Shown: positions 48,997-58,301, counted from the first letter of the stretch. The stretch is DNA of 58,301 nucleotides from Candidatus Limnocylindrales bacterium (GCA_035559535.1 DATMBG010000038.1:1-58301); one strand, 5' to 3'. Numbers and translations are program-made. Notes: generated by a model from the sequence alone, not told the origin.

Positions 48997-51900
48997 CTAT
49001 TCAACCAAACTCCTTTGAGCCATATACTGCCGTAATTTTGCCGGATCTAGATATTTTAGTAATTCATCGGGGGGAGGCTCGAAATTAACTTCCGGCCAGT
49101 TTCTGGGCTTTTCACTGCTTAAGATATAAGTTCGCATACACTTGCAGCCTTTATGAAGGGGGGGTTTAAAGATCTCGGTTTCGAAATGATCTGGATGAAA
49201 CACCATCCCATGCAAGAACCGGCATAGCGGGCAGGTATCTCGATCTATGATGGCCGAATAGATAATCCTGACCACCCCCCGTCTACTCAGATCGGAAGTC
49301 GGCGTAATAGTCTTGATCTTTTTAATCAGATCGGTTTCTAAGGTTTCTAAGGGAGACTTTACCAAGGAAATCTCAGATTTTGGATTTTTAACTCTCCGGT
49401 TAGAAGTTTGTTGTCTGGAGCTTGGACGGGAGGAAGTATGAGTTGGGAGATTTTCATTGTCTTCATCTTCCAGACCCATTTCCGGCGTTACCAATCTGAA
49501 AGCATTTTCAAGCTTTTTTCTTTCCCAATAGTTTTTCAGGAAAAGATTTTTCATCTTTTCCTTAAAGCTACCATCTTCCGCGGGATATAGATCGGTTTTT
49601 TCAGGTCCCCTGGATAAAGGTCTATGGGGGCCAAAAACAGAGGGTTCTTCCTTCATAGAACCGTTGGATTCAGTCTCCTCAACGGAAGAAACAAATTTAC
49701 TTTCAGAATCAGGGGATTCCATATCCAGACCGGAAGGGGCTAACTCTTCCTTTAGTTCTTCTTCCAAAATTTTAGGGATAATCTCTTCCACGGTGGAAGG
49801 ATTTTCCTCCTGCTCTTCTTCGTCTGGGTTTTGATTTGGGGGGGTAAATTCAAAGGGTTCTTCCGGTAAAGATATTTCCTCTTCTTGAGATCGAAGTGAG
49901 GCCTCCGTCTCTAAATTTTCAACCCCCGGTTGAGTCCCTGTAGGTTCGGTTTCAGTTGAAGAGGCTTCAAGGATTATCTCCGGCTGATTTTCTTGATTCA
50001 CCTGAGGTTCTGAAGAAGAGATTGGAACCGGCTCCTCATCGGGTAATGGATCCGAATCAAGGACCGGGGTCTCCTCGATTGTCGACACTTCAGGATGGTT
50101 TTCTGCCATCAAGTCTTCTTCGGTAAGGACCGACTCAGGCGAAAGTTCCTTCTCTTCTTTACGCTCAATATCCTGTGGGATGGTCTTCTTTTCATCGGAT
50201 ATTTCCTCCCCGGACAGGCGGGCCTCAGGAGCTGCTTCCAGGGGTACAGTTATCGGAACGTAGGCCTGGGATATTTCCTCTTCATACAGATCCATTTCGG
50301 TAAGCCCCTCCCTCTCCCTCTCAGCATATGGGGAGGGTAGGAGGGGGGCGGTAATTCCTTCCTCCTCAACAGATAGTACCGGAGTTGCGGTTTCCTCATC
50401 CTTCTGTTCATGGGTTTCGGAGATTTTACTTTCGCAAAGGTCGATCTCACCGGATTCTACGACCTGCTCAGGGATCTCGGCTATACCGGTGGAAAGGTGG
50501 AAAACAGAAGACTCCCCATCTTCCTGGGTATCTGGAGTTTCCCGGGTTGCTTCTTCCTGAAAGTTAACCTCAGCAGCTCCCTCAGACTCAGAAGAGATAA
50601 ATATATCAGGATATAGTCTCGAGGTGATTACTTCTTCCGGACTTTCCTGCATTTCTGGGGTATTCTCCCTGCTTAAAGTTTCTGTTTCAGGTGATAGGAC
50701 TTTTACTTCCTCCGACTTTTGAGCCTTTAAATTATCCAGGGTCTCTGCATCCCCATAGGTTTTAATATTTTGTACTTTTTGCTCTTCCAGAGTCTTTAGA
50801 GATGCCATGACCGGTAAGCTTTCAACTCCCTCACCCTGTAGGGTATTCTTTGCAGTAACTCTATTTTCTGGATATTTTTCTCCGGCTTTTTGTTTTATTC
50901 CCATGAGATTTCCGTTAGCCGTATCCCGGACTGCTCCCCAACTTTGACTAAATTTTTTAAAAAGGGTACGAAAAACATTGGGTTGAGCGCCGAAAATTTC
51001 TTGCCAGAAGCTTTCACCACACTTAGAACAAAGTGTAGAGCCCCGTTCATAGGAATATCCGCAGCTTCTGCAGCGAGATATCTTCAAGTTCTTATCTCCA
51101 TCGATTTCCTCCAGGGACACTTTGCCTTCAAGGATCGCCAGGCATTTTCTAAGTTGAGAGGTAGCTCCTGTTTCTATCGGTTGAGGGGTATCAGAGGTAT
51201 GACGGTTCAGGGTTATAAAAATTTCCTTCCCTTTTGGAATAACCCCGATCTTTTCCCCTTTATGGAAAACGTAATCCCAGTTCTTGTCTTTTTGAGGGTT
51301 GATACTATTGGGAAGCAATCGAAATCCAAGCTGTAACTTTTCTAAATTCAAAGCCGGACAAAAGGTATAAGGGAGTAAGTTTGCTTGAATCTTGAGGAAG
51401 AGCTGTTCTTTGTCCACAAAAAAGATACCCAGTGTAGAATCCATCTCCCCACAGCGGAACCAACTGTTTTCCCAGTTACTTTCCATATCCCGTATCTGAG
51501 CTTTGTGACATCCTATAAAATTGTAACTAAACGAAGTCGCTCCATAGCAATAACGGGGATCCCGTCCCCTGAGATAATTTCCATAACACTGAAGCCAGCC
51601 GGTAAGGATTTCCTCATCGATTAACTTGTCATCCAGGTAAACTTGAAGGGGAGTTTCTGTTTTGAGCTCTTCATAAATTTCACGAAAAATTAAAATATCT
51701 TTGGGTTTAAAATCGAGGGTGTAAACGTGGGGTTCCAGGGGGTCTTCTTTAAGATTGTATTGGTAATAACCATCCCAGTTTTCCAATAATTCTTGAAACC
51801 CCTTCAACTTAAATTTAATCCGGAGGTTCCAATCTTCTTTGAGGCTTAAAAGGGGTTTTTCGGTTCCTTGAAAAAACTTGACCTGGTATTGTTCTTCAAT

Positions 51901-52287
51901 TCGGTCGATTTCTGACTTTATCCAATCGTTGCCGGGCTCTATCTCCAGGATTGCCTGGAGTCGGGATAGGGTCTTCTTGAGTAGAATTTCTGAGTGTTCT
52001 TTGTCTTCTTCCGCCTGAGCCAGAAATTGATCTGCCTGATCTCGAAGAGCATCTATCTGGACTTTAAGCTTAAACGTTTCACAGCGCTCTATATACGTCT
52101 CCAGTAAAGGATCTTCTGTCAGTTCAAAAGCCTGCCTGAGATATCGAATAGCCTCATCGGCTCGCTCTAATTTTGCCTTAGGAGACCTGGCCCGGTCTGC
52201 CTTCCGAATACATTTTAAGGCCCTACCTTTTAAAGATTTTATAAGTTGCTTATCTGTTTTATCTATCTTAACCATAGTCTTACCCAC
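48997..52287 (-). CDS. large multidomain hypothetical protein: helical N-terminus, Cys-rich domain, zinc ribbon, acidic linker, C-terminal MuF/gp7-like motif
   Basis: 1096-aa ORF; CRSC...CSKC; Glu/Pro/Ser-rich central part; D.DTCPLC..LHG..F...PPLHKGCKC near the C-terminus. Confidence 0.75.
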   Translation of the reverse strand: MGKTMVKIDKTDKQLIKSLKGRALKCIRKADRARSPKAKLERADEAIRYLRQAFELTEDPLLETYIERCETFKLKVQIDALRDQADQFLAQAEEDKEHSEILLKKTLSRLQAILEIEPGNDWIKSEIDRIEEQYQVKFFQGTEKPLLSLKEDWNLRIKFKLKGFQELLENWDGYYQYNLKEDPLEPHVYTLDFKPKDILIFREIYEELKTETPLQVYLDDKLIDEEILTGWLQCYGNYLRGRDPRYCYGATSFSYNFIGCHKAQIRDMESNWENSWFRCGEMDSTLGIFFVDKEQLFLKIQANLLPYTFCPALNLEKLQLGFRLLPNSINPQKDKNWDYVFHKGEKIGVIPKGKEIFITLNRHTSDTPQPIETGATSQLRKCLAILEGKVSLEEIDGDKNLKISRCRSCGYSYERGSTLCSKCGESFWQEIFGAQPNVFRTLFKKFSQSWGAVRDTANGNLMGIKQKAGEKYPENRVTAKNTLQGEGVESLPVMASLKTLEEQKVQNIKTYGDAETLDNLKAQKSEEVKVLSPETETLSRENTPEMQESPEEVITSRLYPDIFISSESEGAAEVNFQEEATRETPDTQEDGESSVFHLSTGIAEIPEQVVESGEIDLCESKISETHEQKDEETATPVLSVEEEGITAPLLPSPYAEREREGLTEMDLYEEEISQAYVPITVPLEAAPEARLSGEEISDEKKTIPQDIERKEEKELSPESVLTEEDLMAENHPEVSTIEETPVLDSDPLPDEEPVPISSSEPQVNQENQPEIILEASSTETEPTGTQPGVENLETEASLRSQEEEISLPEEPFEFTPPNQNPDEEEQEENPSTVEEIIPKILEEELKEELAPSGLDMESPDSESKFVSSVEETESNGSMKEEPSVFGPHRPLSRGPEKTDLYPAEDGSFKEKMKNLFLKNYWERKKLENAFRLVTPEMGLEDEDNENLPTHTSSRPSSRQQTSNRRVKNPKSEISLVKSPLETLETDLIKKIKTITPTSDLSRRGVVRIIYSAIIDRDTCPLCRFLHGMVFHPDHFETEIFKPPLHKGCKCMRTYILSSEKPRNWPEVNFEPPPDELLKYLDPAKLRQYMAQRSLVE

Positions 52288-52330
52288 TTAGAGGTTAATA
52301 ACCAAAAATTCCTGATTTTTGGATTTGATT

Positions 52331-52359
52331 CTTGTATCCTAAAATAGGGCTATTGTCAA
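52331..52359 (-). promoter_or_regulatory. possible sigma70 promoter of the large-ORF-ftsX-envC unit
   Basis: TTGACA-17bp-TACAAG. Confidence 0.4.
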
Positions 52360-52527
52360 ATATTTTTTTCTAATGTTTTAAAGTTTTTCTGCCGGTAAAT
52401 TCCTGGGATTTGTCCAAGCAAATATTTTACCCTTCCGATATGCTATTGCTCTCCCTTCAAACTTGCTTTAAAGTTATAGTAAAAAGATAACTTAAAATGT
52501 TGAGATCGTGCTAAAAGTATTCATTCC

Positions 52528-55500
52528 ATGAAAAAACTTTGCCCCCCCTTCGCAGGAAGGTTTTTTATTTTCTTAAGTGTCCTGATATCCATCCTTTTCC
52601 TCCATCCTGATTCGTTAAAAGGTGAAGTAAAAGCTGAGGATTTGCAAGGGAAAAAAGCGTCTAAAGAAGCTTTTCTTAGCTTAGATATCCATTCTCAGTT
52701 CGTTTTAGATATTTTAAATAAATTACTGGGATTTCCCATCGGTCCTTTATTAGGAAAAGCTGAAATCAAAAGTAAAGTGACCGGGTTTTTATCCGATCTC
52801 ACGATCCATGCCTCCTTAAAATTCCCACAAGCTTCTTACCGGAGAATTTATACCGAAGGGCTTTCCATTGAGCTGGAGCTTAGAAATCCTCAAAGTCTTC
52901 AAGATCTTTCCCTCACAGCTTCTCTTAAACTATCCCAGGCCCATGTTTATGGCCTTAATCTCACTAACCTGACGGCCCAGGTCAGGTTAGAGAAGGGGTA
53001 TTTGAACATTTCGGATCTCTCGGCCACCCTTTTTGATGGGAAACTGATAGGAAACGTGCAAATTCCCCTGAGACCTGTCCCCTCCACTTTATCTCTTATT
53101 CCTTCCCGGTTAAATCTACAGGTGGCCTCCACGCCCCTCAAACTGAATATAGAAGGAGGCGCTAATTTCCAAATTGAAGCTTCTTCGATTAGTCCAAAAT
53201 TGGTTAAAGGTCTATCAAAGAAGTCGGTTCCAGGAGTCTCAAAGGAGCCTAAGTTAAACCTTCAAATACAGGCTTCTTCTCCAGAACTCCAGGTTGTGTT
53301 GAAGGATATTTTTGGCCGGGACACGGATTGCTTTCTACCCTCTCCCTTCTGCCCTCTCGTAAGGAATCTCCAGGGAGAGCTGGTGTATTTGAGGGGAAAG
53401 ATCGCAGGGCCTCTCTCCCGGCTGGGATTTCAAGGAGATTTTTTATTAAGAGAAGTAAAACTCTATGATACCTCTATTCAACAGATAGAAGGTCGGGCCG
53501 GCTATCCAGATCTGGGTAACCAACAAATTCAACTGGATTTTGGAGAGGTGGTCACACCTTATCAGATCTTCGATCGAGCTACCTTCTCCCTTCGTAGAAA
53601 TCGGGTCGATCGGTGTCCTGATGGTAAAACCAATTCCTGCCCCGACTCTCTAACCTGGTCGCTTCAAGCTCAGAAAGGAACCAGTTACCTAAAAGGTAAT
53701 GGCTCCATGGCTCTGAATACCGGAACTTTTGAAACCGATTTAAATGGGAAAGATCTTAATTTACTTGATTTAAGCCGGTTACCCAAAACAGCCTTCCCTT
53801 ATCAAGGCCAACTGGATATTCAAATACGAGGATTCGGGTCTTTAGCCAATCCGCAGGTTCAAGGTTCTTTAAGATTCAAAAATTTACAGTTTAAAAACCT
53901 TCCGGTTCCGGATATTTTAGCCGAGTTTACTCTTAAAGAAAAACAGCTTAAATCCACGATCAATGCCTTTAAAGGGGAGTATGTGGCCACCCTGAATCTT
54001 CTCTTGACCCCGTCCCTTGATTATACCTTCCGCATGACCCTGCAGCAGGCAGGGGTAGAAAAAATTCTGGGTTTTTTCTATCCCCTGGAGGATATCAAAG
54101 GAACTCTGTCCGGGCAGATCTTTTCTGAAGGTAGTTTGAAAAATCTCGAAGAGGCTTCGGCCAAAATTACTTTAAATAGAGTTAACCTCCAAATCTATGA
54201 TCAGGACTTTTTCAATGAAGGCGTAATAGAGTTGGCCGTTACGAGAGAAAAATTAAGTTTTATTTCCCTGAAAATGCGGGAACGGGCTGGAGAACTGGGA
54301 TTGTTTCTTCAAGGAGATCTGAATTTTAAAGGTGAGTTGAATTTAGGGGTGGACGGTTTGATCGATCTGCGTTTTGTTGCTCCTTTCGTTCCACGCCAAT
54401 TCATTCGGGAATTAAACGGAAGGGCCCAGGTTCTGCTAGACCTTCGGGGAGCTTATAGGAATCCTGAATTTAATGGAGTTGTGGAAATCCGACAGGGTCT
54501 GGTAGGCTTTACCAGTTATCCAGATCCCATTACCCAGATAACTGGAAAATTTCTTTTAAAGAAAAATCGTATCGAAGTAACCCAGATCCGGGGACGCCTG
54601 GAGACTCCGGGCGTTGGAGAAGACGCCTCTTTCCTCGAAGCCAGTGGAAATCTTTTTTTAGAGGGTAAATCGCTTTCATCGGTGGATGTGGTCCTTCGGG
54701 GGCAAAATGTAACGATCCGGCAACCTTTTGAGTTCCTTGCAGTAAAAACCAACCTCCAGGTAACTTTGAAAGGAAAACCCAACGCTCTTTTGCTCTCGGG
54801 AACGGTGGCGGTTGTCAATGCCCAATACCTGGAGGTATTAGATATTCAATCTTTAATTCGAATGACCGGCAGGCAAAGAGATTTGCAGAAACCGGCTGAA
54901 TTTCCCGTCCGAACCCTTGGCTTGGATGTGGCCGTTAAGTCGCCCCGCACTGCCAGGTTAAGGGGCAAAACCATGGACCTTAACCTGCAGGTAGATCTGA
55001 CCCTCCGGGGAACTATCCAAAGGCCTGAAATTCGGGGCCATATTGGCACAACTGGAGGAAAGGTCACCTTTGAAAATCGGGATTATAGTGTTTCCTCAGG
55101 ATCCATTGATTTCATCGATCCCAGTGGACTCAACCCGGATATTAACCTTCAAGCCAGGACGGAGATTAGAAACTATCAAATCTTCCTCACCCTTCAAGGA
55201 AGTTTGAAGGATTTTTCATTGAGTTTAAGTTCCGATCCACCCCTTCCCGAGCGGGATATTACGGCCCTGTTGGCTTTCGGGGGAACTTTCGATCAGGTCC
55301 TGGGAACCTTTAGTACGCTGGGGGCCGAGCAGGTCGCAAGACTCGTTATCCCACCCGTACAGAGTCAATTTGGAGGAAGACTGGAAAGATTAACCCGACT
55401 GGACAGGCTCGAAATAGAACCCTTCGAAGCCCAAAATGGAACCGGTCTGGGATCTTCTTCCTTTACGCCCAGAGTTATTATCGGTAAAGAATTTTTTAAA

Positions 55501-55659
55501 GATTTCTTCCTTACTTTTTCTACCACCGTGGGGGTTGCTCAGGAAAAGCAGTTGGTTCAATTAAGGTATGTAATCTCCGACCGCTTTTCCCTCATCGTTG
55601 AACGGGATAACGAAAATCAAACCAACGTAAGTGCCCGCATACGATTTGAGTTCAAATAA
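52528..55659 (+). CDS. tamB: TamB/AsmA family (DUF490) envelope protein
   Basis: N-terminal TM; repeating beta-taco strands (G.L..P...G); C-terminal LSSDPPLPERDI..LL; ends RFEFK. Confidence 0.82.
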   Translation: MKKLCPPFAGRFFIFLSVLISILFLHPDSLKGEVKAEDLQGKKASKEAFLSLDIHSQFVLDILNKLLGFPIGPLLGKAEIKSKVTGFLSDLTIHASLKFPQASYRRIYTEGLSIELELRNPQSLQDLSLTASLKLSQAHVYGLNLTNLTAQVRLEKGYLNISDLSATLFDGKLIGNVQIPLRPVPSTLSLIPSRLNLQVASTPLKLNIEGGANFQIEASSISPKLVKGLSKKSVPGVSKEPKLNLQIQASSPELQVVLKDIFGRDTDCFLPSPFCPLVRNLQGELVYLRGKIAGPLSRLGFQGDFLLREVKLYDTSIQQIEGRAGYPDLGNQQIQLDFGEVVTPYQIFDRATFSLRRNRVDRCPDGKTNSCPDSLTWSLQAQKGTSYLKGNGSMALNTGTFETDLNGKDLNLLDLSRLPKTAFPYQGQLDIQIRGFGSLANPQVQGSLRFKNLQFKNLPVPDILAEFTLKEKQLKSTINAFKGEYVATLNLLLTPSLDYTFRMTLQQAGVEKILGFFYPLEDIKGTLSGQIFSEGSLKNLEEASAKITLNRVNLQIYDQDFFNEGVIELAVTREKLSFISLKMRERAGELGLFLQGDLNFKGELNLGVDGLIDLRFVAPFVPRQFIRELNGRAQVLLDLRGAYRNPEFNGVVEIRQGLVGFTSYPDPITQITGKFLLKKNRIEVTQIRGRLETPGVGEDASFLEASGNLFLEGKSLSSVDVVLRGQNVTIRQPFEFLAVKTNLQVTLKGKPNALLLSGTVAVVNAQYLEVLDIQSLIRMTGRQRDLQKPAEFPVRTLGLDVAVKSPRTARLRGKTMDLNLQVDLTLRGTIQRPEIRGHIGTTGGKVTFENRDYSVSSGSIDFIDPSGLNPDINLQARTEIRNYQIFLTLQGSLKDFSLSLSSDPPLPERDITALLAFGGTFDQVLGTFSTLGAEQVARLVIPPVQSQFGGRLERLTRLDRLEIEPFEAQNGTGLGSSSFTPRVIIGKEFFKDFFLTFSTTVGVAQEKQLVQLRYVISDRFSLIVERDNENQTNVSARIRFEFK

Positions 55660-55682
55660 TAGCTGTCCAGGTTTTAGAGATT

Positions 55683-57743
55683 TTAACGCTTCCCGGCCAC
55701 TTCCAGTTTTACAGGTCCCGAAGAGCTTTCTTCCAAAGCTTCTCCCGGTTTAGCCCCTTTAATCCCGATCACGGCATGGCTCCAGTGGAGTCGGCCTCTC
55801 AAATCTTCTTGAGCGCCAATGGTTTTCAAAGCTTCTACTGCCTCGGTAGTCAAGCAGAGTGCCCCTTCATCTTTTAGGGCCAGGATTACAATTTTTCCTT
55901 CTTCAAGTTTGCCGATAAACTTCGCCATACGACGGGATTCTCTCTGCCACCTGTGGGTATCAAAGGCGGTCGATTCTTCAACCCTTCCCGTCTGAGGATT
56001 TACAACGACTACATTATAACCTCGACTCTGGGGGGAAACAGCCTGCCCATTAACAAGGATAACGCCTAAATTTCCGGCATACAGACCTGCACTTTGAACG
56101 ATAAGGTCTACCGGAGCTTCGATTCCTGTTTTTCCAATTTTGGAAGGAAATCGCTCTCCTTTAACCAGAAAGTCCTCCCAATCTTTACGATGCACGATCT
56201 GTCCCTTCCTTTGACAGGGTTCAGGACAGGTTTGATAGTGAAAAAGGAAATGTTGACCTTTTATAAAGGTCTCAGGCTTCAATTGCAGAAGGCTGATTAA
56301 AGGGTCTGCTTGAAGGGAATAATCCCGGTAAATCAGTCGCATAGATCCTGCTATTCCGTTTCGATAGACATAGGCCCCCTGGTAATTATCGGGCAGATCC
56401 AGAAAGAAGAGATGGGCTCCACGAGGTAAAGTGGGATAAAGGGATTTCATCTGATTTTGAATTTCCTGCACCATCTCTCCGGCATGGTGCCATCGTTCAT
56501 TTTTTTCGCGCGTTGTGAAGAGGTTTAACAGGGTTAAAATCCCTATCATTAAGTATCCAGGACCGGGAAGATACAGGGACCGGAGGAATAATTTTTCCTT
56601 CGTAGGGGTGACCGGCCGGTCACCCGTACTCCTTTTTTGACCCAATCCCAATCCCAGAAAAAGCAAGAATCCAACCGAAGGAAGGTAAAGAAACCGCTCG
56701 GCCGCGATATTCATAACCGGCAGGAGGGTTACCGGAATCCAGAGACAGGCCAGCCCTGCGATGCGGGACATTCTAAACAAAGCATACACAGACAGGCTAT
56801 AAGGAAAAAGAAGAAGATATTGAATCCAATTCATATGGGAAGGCAGGATAGCTTCAAAGGGAAACAGCAATTGACGGGCATACCAGACCAGGATACTGAC
56901 CATGAACCATCCCCACTTAAGATGGACCGAGCCCTGTGGATTTAAATAGCCACCGATTCCGCCCAGCAGGATAAATCTCAAGACCAGATAAACGGCCAGA
57001 ATAAAGAAAAAAGGGGATAACCTTTTCAATTTTGAAAGAAAGGGCTTCTCTCCTATCATCCAATCTATCAAGAATAGAACCAGAGGGAGGGTGATGGCCA
57101 TCTCTTTGCTCATGAGAGCCCCTATAAAAGCTCCTATACTCCCTGACAGCAGGAAGATACGGAAGCGCAGAGATTCAGAGGGGGGACTGTGGAGATATCG
57201 GGTAAAAAGCAAAACGCTGAGCAGATAGAAAAAGCTACAAAGTACATCCACTCTTCCGGACAACCAGGTGACGGCTTCTGTATGAACCGGATGGGTTACG
57301 AAGAGCAGGCTGACAACCCAGGCAATATAACCGGAATGGGAAGAAGAGAGCAGGATCTTTACCCAAAAATAAATAACCAGAGCACTGAGCAGGTGCAGGA
57401 AAAGATTTGTCAGGTGATATCCAAAGGGATTAAATCCCCAAATTTGCCTGTCTATAAACGCAGACAATCGAACTACAGGCCGGTAGTAGGTTTCGTTAAA
57501 TAAGATGGGAGTACCCTCCTCATCCGTTGCCGGAGTTCCTAAAATTGGGCGTTCCCGATCTCGATGATTCGCAAGACCCTCCCCTCCAAAGGCCAGTAAA
57601 ACTTCCTTCCAGGTATAGGGATAAATGAGGAAAAAATCGTCTGCAACAAAATAGTTAGGGAGCGTGTTTTGAAAACTCCCGTAACCCCCCAGAAGGATCA
57701 AAAAGATAAAGAAAATTTCCTTTCTGTTCATGCTCCTAAACAT
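55683..57743 (-). CDS. GT-C fold membrane glycosyltransferase (TMTC/PMT-like) with C-terminal ILEI/PANDER-like domain
   Basis: DDF, YYRP, GYHLTNLFLH, HPVHTEAVTW, SKE, ERFLYLPS; C-terminal RGYNVVVV..FDTH...KDEG...IGIKG. Confidence 0.8.
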   Translation of the reverse strand: MFRSMNRKEIFFIFLILLGGYGSFQNTLPNYFVADDFFLIYPYTWKEVLLAFGGEGLANHRDRERPILGTPATDEEGTPILFNETYYRPVVRLSAFIDRQIWGFNPFGYHLTNLFLHLLSALVIYFWVKILLSSSHSGYIAWVVSLLFVTHPVHTEAVTWLSGRVDVLCSFFYLLSVLLFTRYLHSPPSESLRFRIFLLSGSIGAFIGALMSKEMAITLPLVLFLIDWMIGEKPFLSKLKRLSPFFFILAVYLVLRFILLGGIGGYLNPQGSVHLKWGWFMVSILVWYARQLLFPFEAILPSHMNWIQYLLLFPYSLSVYALFRMSRIAGLACLWIPVTLLPVMNIAAERFLYLPSVGFLLFLGLGLGQKRSTGDRPVTPTKEKLFLRSLYLPGPGYLMIGILTLLNLFTTREKNERWHHAGEMVQEIQNQMKSLYPTLPRGAHLFFLDLPDNYQGAYVYRNGIAGSMRLIYRDYSLQADPLISLLQLKPETFIKGQHFLFHYQTCPEPCQRKGQIVHRKDWEDFLVKGERFPSKIGKTGIEAPVDLIVQSAGLYAGNLGVILVNGQAVSPQSRGYNVVVVNPQTGRVEESTAFDTHRWQRESRRMAKFIGKLEEGKIVILALKDEGALCLTTEAVEALKTIGAQEDLRGRLHWSHAVIGIKGAKPGEALEESSSGPVKLEVAGKR

Positions 57744-57871
57744 TACGGCTCTACCTTTACCCCTTCAAGAAGATTTTCATGGTTAATTTTTATCCCTTGG
57801 AGCCTGCTTGTAACTGTAACAATTTAGTAGGTATCCCTTTTTCTGTCTGAATACCCCCCCTGATCCCCCTC

Positions 57872-58069
57872 CTTATCTTTACCCACATTTTTCGATTTGG
57901 GAGGATGGGTTCAAAACGGTTAGTAGGTCAACCGTCCCGGTTGACCCACCTTGCAAAAAGAGGAATCTTTCCCTCACGAAGGAGATTCAATGCATTTCGC
58001 TACTCAACCAGCAAGATAGCTAAACCAGTTATTAATCCCCTGAAATGAAAAAATGTGGGTAATGGTTAG
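57872..58069. mobile_element. 198-bp MITE with a 10-bp target-site duplication
   Basis: TIRs CTTATCTTTACCCACATTTTT / AAAAATGTGGGTAATGGTTAG; GATCCCCCTC at 57862-57871 and 58070-58079. Confidence 0.85.
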
Positions 58070-58301
58070 GATCCCCCTCCAGGGGGGCTTTAGCAGCAGC
58101 CACCCCACGTCAGTCCCCCCTGGAGGGGGACCAGGGGGGTGTTTCCTTTTCCACCTACTAAATTACTGATCTTTGCATAAATATCTAATAAAATCCAAGC
58201 TGTTTAATACAACCTTGGATCACATGAATTTTATGTCGTAAACGTTCCTTAGCCTTACGAAGTTCATACCGTAACTGACAAAGATGTTGACAACTCAAAT
58301 T

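Noticed and set aside
48997-52287. Prophage around the MuF-like motif
   Set aside because: No terminase, portal, capsid or integrase; the flanks are ftsX and tamB.
626-57503. Numerous 60-150 aa ORFs antisense to or nested in annotated genes
   Set aside because: Shadow ORFs of well-supported genes with no independent motifs.

Overview
Mostly housekeeping chromosome from an unidentified diderm bacterium (TamB, T2SS/T4P genes, FtsX-EnvC, sigma54 activator). The left edge holds the 5' end of a 23S rRNA gene that has its own promoter and boxA and no linked 16S. It is followed by a PAS kinase/NtrC/DedA operon, a PilB/GspE ATPase, a cis-prenyltransferase, a TPR-SLH lipoprotein, PolX-PHP, an LLM oxidoreductase, acs, trpDFBAC, gspF-H-I-J, thrS-tRNAVal-infC-rpmI-rplT-pheST-folD-carD-PIN/TRAM-ispDF, yggS-proC-yggT-yggU, a decayed HEPN-MNT islet, ftsX-envC, TamB and a GT-C/ILEI protein. 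The most unusual items are: (1) a 1096-aa protein with a Cys-rich domain, zinc ribbon, acidic linker and a C-terminal phage MuF/gp7-like motif, sitting in the ftsE slot with no prophage nearby; (2) hairpin cassettes built from 7-8 nt tandem repeats filling many intercistronic gaps and sometimes read in-frame; (3) a three-level nested MITE/REP with a 10-bp TSD; (4) a RusA-like protein lacking the catalytic aspartates. All family calls come from motif recognition by eye, not database searches.
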